NCBI GenBank assembly: GCA_040901675.1
Contig: JBBDYJ010000035.1
Span: 1-64,000 of the forward strand
Length of the DNA stretch: 64,000 bases
Direction: 5' to 3'
From: Pirellulales bacterium
GTDB taxonomy: Bacteria > Planctomycetota > Planctomycetia > Pirellulales > JAICIG01
Shown piece by piece: positions 1-11,736 of this stretch. The notes below the pieces were generated by a model. The model did not search any database. It saw only the letters and a program-made list of their open reading frames with translations, and was not told where the DNA came from. Both the position numbers and the translations under genes were made by a program. Position 1 is the first letter of the stretch. Each line of letters begins with the position of its first letter.

Positions 1-2
1 AT

Positions 3-332
3 CTAGCCAGGATCGAAGAAGATCAGTTTTTGCCGAGGAACCCGTGAACGGTTACCCTGGCGCCGTTTGGCTCGTGCCTGCCGAGTCATGGTTGGGACGC
101 CGTGCTCGCGGCAAGCCGACAGCACCGTCGTGACGGTCAGTCCATGCTTGAGGGCCACGTCCTTTGGATTCTCACCCGACCGGACCGCTTCGGCCATTTC
201 CCGGCGCCGCTTGGCTCGTTCCCGTTGAGAAATCGGCGCCACTCCGTCCGGCGAGGCCGGCCGTGGGGCCATCTTGCCCCTCGGCCTGGCTTTGCCCCTC
301 GGCTTCGGTTTCTTCGACCGGGTCTTGGACAT
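3..332 (-). CDS. Small basic protein with possible helix-turn-helix
   Basis: 109-aa ORF; REMAEAVRSGENPKDVALKHGLTVTTVLSACREHG resembles an HTH; divergent from the next gene. Confidence 0.45.
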   Translation of the reverse strand: MSKTRSKKPKPRGKARPRGKMAPRPASPDGVAPISQRERAKRRREMAEAVRSGENPKDVALKHGLTVTTVLSACREHGVPTMTRQARAKRRQGNRSRVPRQKLIFFDPG

Positions 333-484
333 ACGGATCCTCGTTGGAGCAATCCGGGTGATATATAATGGTGCAATCTTGGCCCCGCCAGCCCTCGCAA
401 CCCAGCCGGTAGTTTAGCCTTCGCCCAAGTCCGCGGACCAGCGCCGCCAGGAATCGTCTCACGCTTCCAAACCCCGAGGACGCC

Positions 485-1243
485 ATGCAACTGGGATTAG
501 TCACCTACATGTGGGGCGCCGACTGGGATTTGCCCACGCTCATCGAAAACTGCCGGCAAACCGGCTTTGCCGGCGTCGAGCTGCGCAGCACCCACAAGCA
601 CGGCGTCGAGCCTGCGCTCACTGCCGCCCAGCGCAGGGAAGTGGCTGCCCGCTTCACTGAAAGTGGCATCGACCTGGTCGGCCTGGGCAGCGCCTGCGAG
701 TACCACTCGCCCGACCGCTCCGTCGTCCGCAAGAACATCGACGAAACCAAGGCCTTCATCAAGCTCTGCCACGACTGCGGCGGCACCGGAGTCAAGGTCC
801 GCCCCAACGGCTTGCCGCCCGAAGTGCCCGTCGAAAAAACGCTCGAGCAGATCGGCCGCGCCCTGAACGAGGTGGCCGCCTTCGGCGAAGGCTATGGCGT
901 GGCCATCCGCCTCGAGGTCCACGGCCGCGGCACCGACAACCTCGAGCACATCAAGACGATCATGGACGTGGCCGACCATCCGGGCGCCACCGTCTGCTGG
1001 AACTCGAACGCGGCCGACCTGGAGGGGCAAGGTCTGCGGCACAATTTCAACCTGGTCAAGGATCGGCTCGGCACGATCCACATCCACGATCTGATCAGCA
1101 GCTACCCCTGGCGCATGCTGTTCGAGCTCTTGAACGAGGCCGGCTTCGAAGGCTGGACGCTGTTGGAGGAAGGCCGGCCCACCAGCGACCCCATCCGTGT
1201 CATGCGCTACTACCGCCTGCTCTGGGAGACGATGGCGGGGTAG
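485..1243 (+). CDS. Sugar phosphate isomerase/epimerase (xylose isomerase-like TIM barrel)
   Basis: GFAGVELR, IRLEVHG, IHIHDL and LLEE metal-ligand motifs; GAGGA RBS; TATAAT at 364-369. Confidence 0.85.
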   Translation: MQLGLVTYMWGADWDLPTLIENCRQTGFAGVELRSTHKHGVEPALTAAQRREVAARFTESGIDLVGLGSACEYHSPDRSVVRKNIDETKAFIKLCHDCGGTGVKVRPNGLPPEVPVEKTLEQIGRALNEVAAFGEGYGVAIRLEVHGRGTDNLEHIKTIMDVADHPGATVCWNSNAADLEGQGLRHNFNLVKDRLGTIHIHDLISSYPWRMLFELLNEAGFEGWTLLEEGRPTSDPIRVMRYYRLLWETMAG

Positions 1244-1362
1244 TCGACACACCAGGCAATACGAGAGAGACGGGTACCGGCGGCCGTCCAAAAAGACGAC
1301 AAGTAAGCAAGGATGGGGTAGACTAATGGATGGAGCCTGAATTTCTCGATCGGAGCGTTCTT

Positions 1363-1575
1363 ATGAGCATCACCATTGAAGCCACGTATGAAGACGGCGT
1401 GCTGAAGCCCGATCGCCCGTTACCGCTCAAGCAGCACGAAAAAGTCAAAGTTACCGTGCATTCAGGCGTCAGTGTCGCACGGCAGACCGCCGGCATGATC
1501 CCCTGGAGTGGTGACCCGACAACACTGGAGCGACTCGCCTCTGATCCCGAACACGGGATTCTGGAGTCGCCGTGA
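1363..1575 (+). CDS. AF2212/DUF104-family antitoxin
   Basis: MSITIEATYEDGVLKPDRPLPL..EKVKVTV family signature. Confidence 0.85.
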   Translation: MSITIEATYEDGVLKPDRPLPLKQHEKVKVTVHSGVSVARQTAGMIPWSGDPTTLERLASDPEHGILESP

Positions 1576-1648
1576 TCTTATCCACCTCGCGAGCGCTGAC
1601 GACGACTTCGATCGCGTTTCGATTCTGACTCGATATAGCCCATTTTGA
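1572..1648 (+). pseudogene. Remnant of PIN/VapC toxin (internal deletion)
   Basis: GTG at 1572 overlaps the antitoxin stop; 1577-1648 reads LIHLASADDDFDRVSILTRYSPF*, a PIN C-terminus (S/T-x-D-x-D-F), out of frame with the GTG. Confidence 0.7.
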
Positions 1649-1774
1649 GCAATTCGACGGTTCGCGCCCCCCGAACTGCTCTGGCTCCCCAGGCCGATTC
1701 GGCATTAAAATCCGCCCCGTTGATTGCCGCGGCCCTCGCTGCGGCTCGCTGATCCACGGCCATCTGGGCGGCAC

Positions 1775-3289
1775 ATGCCTGCCTCACAGCCCCACCCTAA
1801 CCAGGAAGGCGGGCGGAACCACCGCCGCCAGACCCGCCACCGCCGGCTATATGGTCTGGTTGCCCTGGCACTCTTGGCCTTCCTCCTCCGGCTGGGTGTG
1901 GTTTGGGCGCTGTCGGCCACGCACTCGGCGCCGGTGACCTACGAACACGGCGAGATCGCGGAGAACCTGCTGGCCGGCCGCGGCTTCAGCACAAAACTCT
2001 TGGGCACCTTCGGGCCGACCTCGCAGCAGGCGCCCCTCTACCCGGCCATGCTGGCCGGCCTCTACTGGCTGTTCGGACCCGGATCGGGGGCCGCCCTGCT
2101 GGCCATGCAGGTCCTCCAATGCGCGGCCGGGACCGTGGTCGTCCTGGCCGCCGCCTGGTTGGCCTGGTCGCTGATGCCCGCCACCCGCACGCTGGGCTGG
2201 ATCGCCGGCATCGGGGCCGCTCTCTACCCGACGCATCTCTACATGGTCACCCATATCCAGGTGGCCGTCTGGTCGGCAGCCTGCCTGACGCTGCTCTTGG
2301 CACTGGCCGCCTCCGGCTGGACCGCTGGCCGGGTGAAAGCTCTCTCCATAGGTCTCTTGTCCGGAGTGCTGTTGCTCCTGGATCCAATCCTCGTCCTGGC
2401 GCTGCCGGTGGTGGCTGTGATGCTGTGCCTTCCACCACGCCCGGCTTCGCTGGAAACCCGCCGGTGTGCCTGGATAGTGCCGTCCCTGGGCCGCCTGGCG
2501 ATCATGACCGCGGCAACGCTGCTGGTAATCTCCCCCTGGCTATGGCGCAACTATCGGGTGCACGGCGAGCTGGTGTTCATCAAGTCGACGTTTGGTTATG
2601 CCTTCTGGCAAGGCAACAATCCCGCCAGTTGGGGCACCGACAAGATCCCAAAGCCTTCCGTCAAGGAGCTGCTCCAGGCCCACGACGGCACGCTGGCCGG
2701 CATCGATCGCGCTCTCTGGGAAGCCCGGCACGAAACGCTCTACATCGACGACGTGCTGCTGGCTCCGAGCGGGTATCGGGCATTCGCCGGCCTGAGCGAG
2801 CCGGCCCGCTCACGCTTGCTCGCCGCCAGGGCCTGGCGATTCATCGCATCGCATCCCGACCGCTACGCGCGCCTCTGCGCGCAGCGGCTCCGCTATTTCC
2901 TGCTCTTCGACGAAACCAATCCCAAGGCCGCCAATCGGCTCTACCGGGCTGCAACCGTCACCTGGCTCGTGCTGGCCCTGGTCGGGTTGCTGGCCGCCCG
3001 CTCGCACTGGCGGCGGCTCTGGCCCACCATGCTTATCTTCGGGAGCCTGACCGTCTTTCACGCCTTGACCATCGTCTCTGCCCGCTTTCGCATCCCGATC
3101 GAACCGATGTCGTTCGTCTGGGCGGCCGCGGCCGTCACCGCGCCGCTCGAATCCATCGGTGCCCGGATCCGAAATGCCTGGCGTGCTGCCCGGCGTCCGC
3201 TCGTCAAGCCTGGCCATGGTCTGCGAGGCCCGCATCGCAAAGCGGCCCCCCGGTCGACCGTCGCCGACGTGGCTGGCCGCGTCCGGTAA
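1775..3289 (+). CDS. GT-C fold membrane glycosyltransferase (ArnT/PMT-like)
   Basis: Many TM segments; YEHGEIAENLLAGRGF, APLYP, PWLWRNY, RFRIPIEP motifs. Confidence 0.75.
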   Translation: MPASQPHPNQEGGRNHRRQTRHRRLYGLVALALLAFLLRLGVVWALSATHSAPVTYEHGEIAENLLAGRGFSTKLLGTFGPTSQQAPLYPAMLAGLYWLFGPGSGAALLAMQVLQCAAGTVVVLAAAWLAWSLMPATRTLGWIAGIGAALYPTHLYMVTHIQVAVWSAACLTLLLALAASGWTAGRVKALSIGLLSGVLLLLDPILVLALPVVAVMLCLPPRPASLETRRCAWIVPSLGRLAIMTAATLLVISPWLWRNYRVHGELVFIKSTFGYAFWQGNNPASWGTDKIPKPSVKELLQAHDGTLAGIDRALWEARHETLYIDDVLLAPSGYRAFAGLSEPARSRLLAARAWRFIASHPDRYARLCAQRLRYFLLFDETNPKAANRLYRAATVTWLVLALVGLLAARSHWRRLWPTMLIFGSLTVFHALTIVSARFRIPIEPMSFVWAAAAVTAPLESIGARIRNAWRAARRPLVKPGHGLRGPHRKAAPRSTVADVAGRVR

Positions 3290-3579
3290 CGCCCGCCTCT
3301 CTCCTATTCCTCCTTTTGTCGTTTTTCCAGCACCCCAACGTTGCCCTTACGCAACGCTCAGCCGACCGGCCCGCACTCCGTCGGCTGCTCCAATGCCTTT
3401 CACCGTAATGGCTTGATGTAGCGGCCCAGCCGCCGGCTGCCGCGGCCTCCACGCCTGGCACCCGCTTTGCTTTCCCTCCCAGGCAGCCGCACGTTCCGTC
3501 CGAGAGAGCCTTGGTCCCCTCGGGCTCTCTCGACGGATCCTGCGGACCCATCCGTCACGCCCCTCGGTCAGCCGCCCCG

Positions 3580-4449
3580 ATGCACGTACGCGATCTGGTT
3601 GAATTGGCGGCACTCATCTCGGCCAACGCTCCAGCGCTGTTGGCCACCCCGCATCGGATCAACTCGGCAGGGCTCAAGCGATACTGGGCCGCCTCGCGCT
3701 GCCGATTCGATCGCTGGGGCCACGCCATCAAACACTTCACGGTTCAGTGCGCCGGTGTCGCCCAGCAACCCGCCGTGGCGGCCGGCCCGCCCGTCGATCT
3801 TGTCTCCAGGCCCCAGATCCGAGGCGTGATCGAAGAGATCCTCGCCGGCGAGATCCTCAGCCGCGTCTGGGCCGGCCTGCTGGCGGCCCACGACCAGCGG
3901 GCTCAAACCAACGATGCCGAACCGATCGCACGGGCCGTGCTGGGCGGGCACCTGGAGGCCCGGCACCGGGCCCTCTCGCTGCTCATCCATGGCCCGGGCG
4001 TCGACTCGCACGATGCCTTGCAGTTGAATCGCCTGCGTCGCACGTGCGAACGATGGACCGATCTTCTCCTGGGTCACATCGTCCTCGTCGAGGACGTCAG
4101 CCTGTTTGCGGTGAACCCTCAGACGGCCCGCGAGTTTGCCGCCGACCTGGCCGACCACGGCTCGCGGACGCGCGAGCAGGCCTGGTCGATCCTGCTCATT
4201 TCGCTCCGGGCCGCGTTCCGCAATCTCCTCGGCCCAGACAGCCCCAACGAGGACCTGAACAACGAGATTGCCACCGGCGTGATCGGCTGCTTCGGCCCGG
4301 ACGCTTTCGACGCGACTGGGCTGATGCACGCCCTCTGGACCACCCACCTCACGCAAGCGGCCAACGACGCGCAAGCCCTGCTCGACGGCCTGTTCACCTC
4401 CGAGGCCCCCCCGCCCCTCCACCGCCGCCTCTTCGGCGATCGTTCGTAG
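3580..4449 (+). CDS. Conserved hypothetical protein
   Basis: Long alpha-helical ORF (MHVRDLVELAAL...) with coding-like codon usage; no family recognised. Confidence 0.7.
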   Translation: MHVRDLVELAALISANAPALLATPHRINSAGLKRYWAASRCRFDRWGHAIKHFTVQCAGVAQQPAVAAGPPVDLVSRPQIRGVIEEILAGEILSRVWAGLLAAHDQRAQTNDAEPIARAVLGGHLEARHRALSLLIHGPGVDSHDALQLNRLRRTCERWTDLLLGHIVLVEDVSLFAVNPQTAREFAADLADHGSRTREQAWSILLISLRAAFRNLLGPDSPNEDLNNEIATGVIGCFGPDAFDATGLMHALWTTHLTQAANDAQALLDGLFTSEAPPPLHRRLFGDRS

Positions 4450-4460
4450 GACCCCGTAAA

Positions 4461-4513
4461 GTAGCCCTCACGCTCCGCGTGAGGCAGCTCGTAGTGACCC
4501 ATTTATGGGGTCC
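4461..4513 (+). repeat. GTAG REP pair (families A and B)
   Basis: GTAGCCCTCACGCTCCGCGTGAG followed by GTAGTGACCCATTTATGGGGTCC; both recur elsewhere in the window. Confidence 0.8.
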
Positions 4514-4663
4514 CGTTTGTAGAGGCGGAGGGATTCGTGGTTCACGCCGGCTCCCCAGCGCGATGTGGCCGCCGCGTCGGCCGATGCCGCTTCTCTCCTA
4601 TTCCTCCTTCCTCCTTCTGCCTTCCACCTTCCTTTCCGCCCCCCACTCTTATAATAGCAACTC

Positions 4664-5866
4664 ATGGACTCCATCTACCTCGATCACAACGCCACCACGC
4701 CCATGCTGCCGGAAGTGGCCGGCGCAATGCACCAGTGCCTGCGAGCCCGCTATGGCAATCCGGCCAGCCAGCATGCCGCCGGCAGGCGGGCACGCCAGGC
4801 CCTCGAAGACGCGCGCGAAGCGATCGCCCGCATGCTGGGCGCAGACGCCGCCTCCCACCACGCCGATCGGTTGATCTTCACCAGCGGCGGCACCGAGGCC
4901 AATAACCTGGCCCTGCTGGGACTGGCCACGGGCCGGCCGGCACACGCCGTCGTGTCGGCCATCGAGCATCCTTCCGTGGCCGGTCCCGCCCACTGCCTCG
5001 AACAGCGCGGCTGGCGGGTCGATCGGCTGCCCTGCAATGCCCACGGCGTGGCATGTGCCGACGAGCTGCCGGCAATGCTGCGGCCCGACACGCGGCTGGT
5101 CAGCGTCATGCTCGGCAACAACGAAACCGGCGTATTGCAGCCCGTGCGGCGGCTGGCGGAGATCTGCAACGCGGCCGGCGTGCCGCTGCACACCGACGCC
5201 GTGCAGGTGGTGGGCAAGCTGAAGGTCGAATTCCGCGGCCTGGGTGCGGCCGCCATGAGTGCCAGCGCGCACAAGTTTCACGGACCCGTCGGCATCGGCG
5301 TGCTACTGATTCGCCGCGGCGTCGAGTTGGAGCCGCAGATGGCCGGAGGATTTCAGCAGCAAGGCCTGCGGCCCGGCACCGAGCCGGTGGCGCTGGCCGT
5401 CGGCATGCAACGCGCCTTGGAGTGTTGCCACCGCGATTGGCCGGAGTCGAGCGAGCGGGTGCAAGCGCTGCGCGATCGCTTCGAGTCGATGCTGCTCGAC
5501 GAGTGCCCGCGGTTGGTCGTCAACGGCACCGGGGCCGACCGGCTGCCGCACACGTCGAACGTCGCCTTCCCGGGGGTTGATGGACAAGCACTTTTGATGG
5601 CTTTGGACCTGGCCGGCGTGGCTTGTTCTTATGGTTCGGCTTGCGCCAGCGGCTCGCCGGAGCCGTCGCCGGCGCTGGTTGCCATGGGGCTGCCGCAGGG
5701 CCTTCTACAGGCCTCCTTGAGGTTCAGTTTGGGGCGGGGCACCACGGCACCGGAGGTGGCCGAGGCGGCTCGCCGTATCATCAAAATTTACAAGGATTTG
5801 CAAACACGGGCCCAGCCACGAAAAATGGCCGGGACGGCTCGCAAAGAGGGGGTCGATTCGGTATAA
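4664..5866 (+). CDS. iscS: Cysteine desulfurase (IscS/NifS family)
   Basis: IYLDHNATTP, FTSGGTEANN, SAHKFHGP (PLP Lys), GSACAS (catalytic Cys); TATAAT at 4650-4655. Confidence 0.9.
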   Translation: MDSIYLDHNATTPMLPEVAGAMHQCLRARYGNPASQHAAGRRARQALEDAREAIARMLGADAASHHADRLIFTSGGTEANNLALLGLATGRPAHAVVSAIEHPSVAGPAHCLEQRGWRVDRLPCNAHGVACADELPAMLRPDTRLVSVMLGNNETGVLQPVRRLAEICNAAGVPLHTDAVQVVGKLKVEFRGLGAAAMSASAHKFHGPVGIGVLLIRRGVELEPQMAGGFQQQGLRPGTEPVALAVGMQRALECCHRDWPESSERVQALRDRFESMLLDECPRLVVNGTGADRLPHTSNVAFPGVDGQALLMALDLAGVACSYGSACASGSPEPSPALVAMGLPQGLLQASLRFSLGRGTTAPEVAEAARRIIKIYKDLQTRAQPRKMAGTARKEGVDSV

Positions 5867-5930
5867 TTCACTCTTGTGAACGCATGCTGTTTTTAGCTGT
5901 CCTTTCTGGGCAGTTTGGACGGACCCTGGC

Positions 5931-7130
5931 TTGGCGAACGGCGTCTTAAGAATCCCCCTTGCGGGACCTGCTCTTACGGCCGAAATGGGTCTCTCGGCGG
6001 ACCCTTTGCGGGCCGCGGCGCTGCGCAAAAACCCGCGCTGGTTCCTGGCCGGGCCGGAGAACCACTTGGCAGCCGCAGCGCTCAACGGCGTCCTGCAGGC
6101 ACTGGCCACCGATGCCGCCGCCGAGCCGGGCCGCTTGCCGCCTGGGGCGCTCGCCGTCAGTCCGCTGCTGCTGCACGGGCCGCCCGGCGCCGGCAAGTCG
6201 CACCTGGCCTACGGTTTGGCGGAGCGATGGCGGACCGAGCGTCCGCGCGACGGCGTCGTCTGCCTGGCTGCCTCGGAAATGGCAAGCGAGTTCGCCGAGG
6301 CGATCGAGCGGCGGGCGATCGATGCCTGGCGCTGGCGTTTGCGATCGGCCGATTTGCTGGTCCTCGAAAACCTGGGCAACATCGCGGCCAAGACGGCGGT
6401 GCAGATCGAGCTGCTCCATACGCTGGATGCACTCGCCGAGCGGGGTGCGCAGGTGGTGGTCACCTCACGGCTGCCGCCCTGCCAGATCAAGACCTTGTTG
6501 CCGGCGCTCGAAAGCCGCTTGTGCGAAGGATTGCAGGTGCCGTTGTCGTTGCCGGGTCCGCTGGCTCGCTACGAGCTCGTTCGGCAGTTGGCCGGCGGGC
6601 GGAATATCGACCTGGCCGAGTCGGCAGCTCGCGTCATGGCCGATGCCTTGGCCACGTCGGTGCCTGAGCTGTGGGGCTTTTTGTTGCAGCTCGAAACATC
6701 GGCCCGTGAGGCGGACGGCTGCCCGCCCGCTGGAAACGGGGCCGCTGGAAACGGGGCCTTGCCGCCCAGCGCGGATCGCGGACCGCACGTCGATGCCATC
6801 CTGGTGCGCCGCTATCTGTTCGCCCGGACCGGCGGGCTCCGCCCGACCGTGGGCCGCATTGCCGTGCAGACCGCCCGCTATTACGCGCTGAAGTTGGCGG
6901 ACCTGAAGGGAACGTCGCGCCGCCGGGGGGTGGTGCTGGCCCGCGACGTGGCTATGTACTTGTCGCGCCAGTTGACCCCCAGCAGCCTGGCCAAAATCGG
7001 CGATTACTTTGGCGGCCGCGATCATACCACGGTCCAGCATGGCTGCCGCAAGGTCGAGGATCTGGCCCGCACCGATCCCGGCACGCGGCAGGCCATCGAC
7101 TCGCTGCGGCAGACCTTGGCGGGAGGTTAA
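5931..7130 (+). CDS. dnaA: DnaA-family initiator, divergent paralog (AAA+ and domain IV)
   Basis: Walker A GPPGAGKS, LESRL sensor region, domain IV GGRDHTTVQHGCRKV; upstream of dnaN; TATAAT at 5862-5867; start uncertain. Confidence 0.85.
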   Translation: MANGVLRIPLAGPALTAEMGLSADPLRAAALRKNPRWFLAGPENHLAAAALNGVLQALATDAAAEPGRLPPGALAVSPLLLHGPPGAGKSHLAYGLAERWRTERPRDGVVCLAASEMASEFAEAIERRAIDAWRWRLRSADLLVLENLGNIAAKTAVQIELLHTLDALAERGAQVVVTSRLPPCQIKTLLPALESRLCEGLQVPLSLPGPLARYELVRQLAGGRNIDLAESAARVMADALATSVPELWGFLLQLETSAREADGCPPAGNGAAGNGALPPSADRGPHVDAILVRRYLFARTGGLRPTVGRIAVQTARYYALKLADLKGTSRRRGVVLARDVAMYLSRQLTPSSLAKIGDYFGGRDHTTVQHGCRKVEDLARTDPGTRQAIDSLRQTLAGG

Positions 7131-7468
7131 CCTCCCGCCGCGCTCGGTGGATAACGTGTGGAAGTAGCGTCGGCTGAGAACTGATTTGGAATTGCCCATG
7201 AACAGACCCCATACGCCCTGGCTGCCCAACCCCGATTACAGACAAACGTCCAACAGGCTGCCGACTTCGCAGCAACAGGTTGTACACCACTGGACCGGTC
7301 GTAAAGCTCGAACCATTTGATGCGCACTGAAAAGAAGTTACGCCGCAGTCGCCGACGTTGATCAACAACCTGGGCCCTTGCATTACTACTGCTGCTGTTT
7401 TGAAAAGATCTCTTTAACTACTAAAGAACACTCCCCGGCGGTTCAACACCCACACCCGGTAGCTCACC
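7131..7468. other. Probable replication origin oriC
   Basis: dnaA-dnaN intergenic; degenerate DnaA boxes (GGTGGATAA 7146, TTGTACACC 7280, TGATCAACA 7359), GGGCCC, trio-like ATT ACT ACT GCT GCT GTT (7382-7399), then an AT-rich tract. Confidence 0.75.
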
Positions 7469-8593
7469 ATGAAAGTCATTTGTGAACGCGAGAAGCTTTG
7501 GGCGGCCTTCCAAACCGCAAGCGCCGTGGCACCCACCCGCAGCCCCAAGCCGATCCTGCAGAACGTCAAATTCGAAGTCGCCATGGACCAAGGGGGCGCC
7601 GGAACCGTGATGGCCACCGATCTGGAAGTGGCCGTGCGGGTCAACGTGCCGGGCATCCAGGTCGAGGTGCCGGGCAGCGCGGTGTTGCCCATCGACCGCT
7701 TCGGTTCGATCCTGCGGGAGAGCTCCGACGCTTCGCTACGATTGGAAACCGACGGTCATGCCACGCTAGTGCGGGGCGAACGCAGCGAGTTCAGGCTGCC
7801 GGCCCAGAACCCGGACGATTTCCCGGCCGTGACCCAGTTCACCGAGACCAGGTACCACGAGCTGCCCGCCCGCCTCTTGAAGGAGATCATTCGCCGTACC
7901 GCCTTCGCCACGGATACCGAGAGCAGCCGCTACGCCTTGGGAGGCGTGCTCCTGGAGTTGGCGCCTGACAAGATCACGGCGGTAGGCACCGACGGCCGCC
8001 GCCTGGCCATGATGGAAGGCCCCGCGCGGGCCGTCGAGGGACACGACAACAGCGAGAACATGACCATCGTGCCCACGCGGGCCATGCACCTGATCGAGCG
8101 GGCGCTGACCGATTCCGATTCGGACGTGCAACTGGCCGCGCGGCCCAACGACATCCTCGTCAAAAGTCCCAGGTTCACCATTTATTCGCGCCTGGTCGAA
8201 GGCCGCTTTCCCAAGTGGCGCGACGTGTTTCCCCGCCGCACCGACGCCGTAAAGATCGAGCTGCCCGTCGGCCCCTTGTACAGTGCCGTGCGGCAGGCGG
8301 CGATCGTCACCAGCGAAGACAGCCGCGGCGTCGATTTCACTTTTGGCGAGGGGAAGGTGGTCCTTTCCGGCCGCGCCGCCGAGGCGGGGCAGTCGCGCGT
8401 CGAGCTGCCGATCGCCTACGACGGCAACTCGCTGTCGATCACGCTCGACCCACGCTACGTGAACGATTTTCTCAAGGTGCTCGATCCGCAAAAAACTTTC
8501 ACGCTCGAATTGAAGGATGCCGAAAGTGCGGGCGTCTGCTCGACCGACGATGGTTACGGCTACGTGATCATGCCGCTGGCGCGCGATCGCTGA
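7469..8593 (+). CDS. dnaN: DNA polymerase III beta sliding clamp
   Basis: ATDLE, TDGRRLA, RLVEGRFP and C-terminal YVIMPL motifs. Confidence 0.97.
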   Translation: MKVICEREKLWAAFQTASAVAPTRSPKPILQNVKFEVAMDQGGAGTVMATDLEVAVRVNVPGIQVEVPGSAVLPIDRFGSILRESSDASLRLETDGHATLVRGERSEFRLPAQNPDDFPAVTQFTETRYHELPARLLKEIIRRTAFATDTESSRYALGGVLLELAPDKITAVGTDGRRLAMMEGPARAVEGHDNSENMTIVPTRAMHLIERALTDSDSDVQLAARPNDILVKSPRFTIYSRLVEGRFPKWRDVFPRRTDAVKIELPVGPLYSAVRQAAIVTSEDSRGVDFTFGEGKVVLSGRAAEAGQSRVELPIAYDGNSLSITLDPRYVNDFLKVLDPQKTFTLELKDAESAGVCSTDDGYGYVIMPLARDR

Positions 8594-8596
8594 TGA

Positions 8597-11551
<2,955 letters not shown>

Positions 11552-11590
11552 GCGGCCACCCTTCTCCCACCCGGCCCTCCGGAAACCTCC

Positions 11591-11623
11591 GGCTTGGGCG
11601 GATGGTAGCCACCCGCCCAAGCC
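11591..11623. terminator. Hairpin between convergent gyrB and amtB
   Basis: GGCTTGGGCGG...CCGCCCAAGCC 11-bp stem; no U-tract; second hairpin at ~11688-11720. Confidence 0.45.
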
Positions 11624-11736
11624 ATGAGGCGTCCTTCTGGCTAGGCGGTAGCCAGAATGCGAAATACGGCTCGCTGCCCCGGCTCAGCTTGGCGCGGACA
11701 ACACTGCGCCCGCGCCAAGCTGTGGCAACCGGGAGG

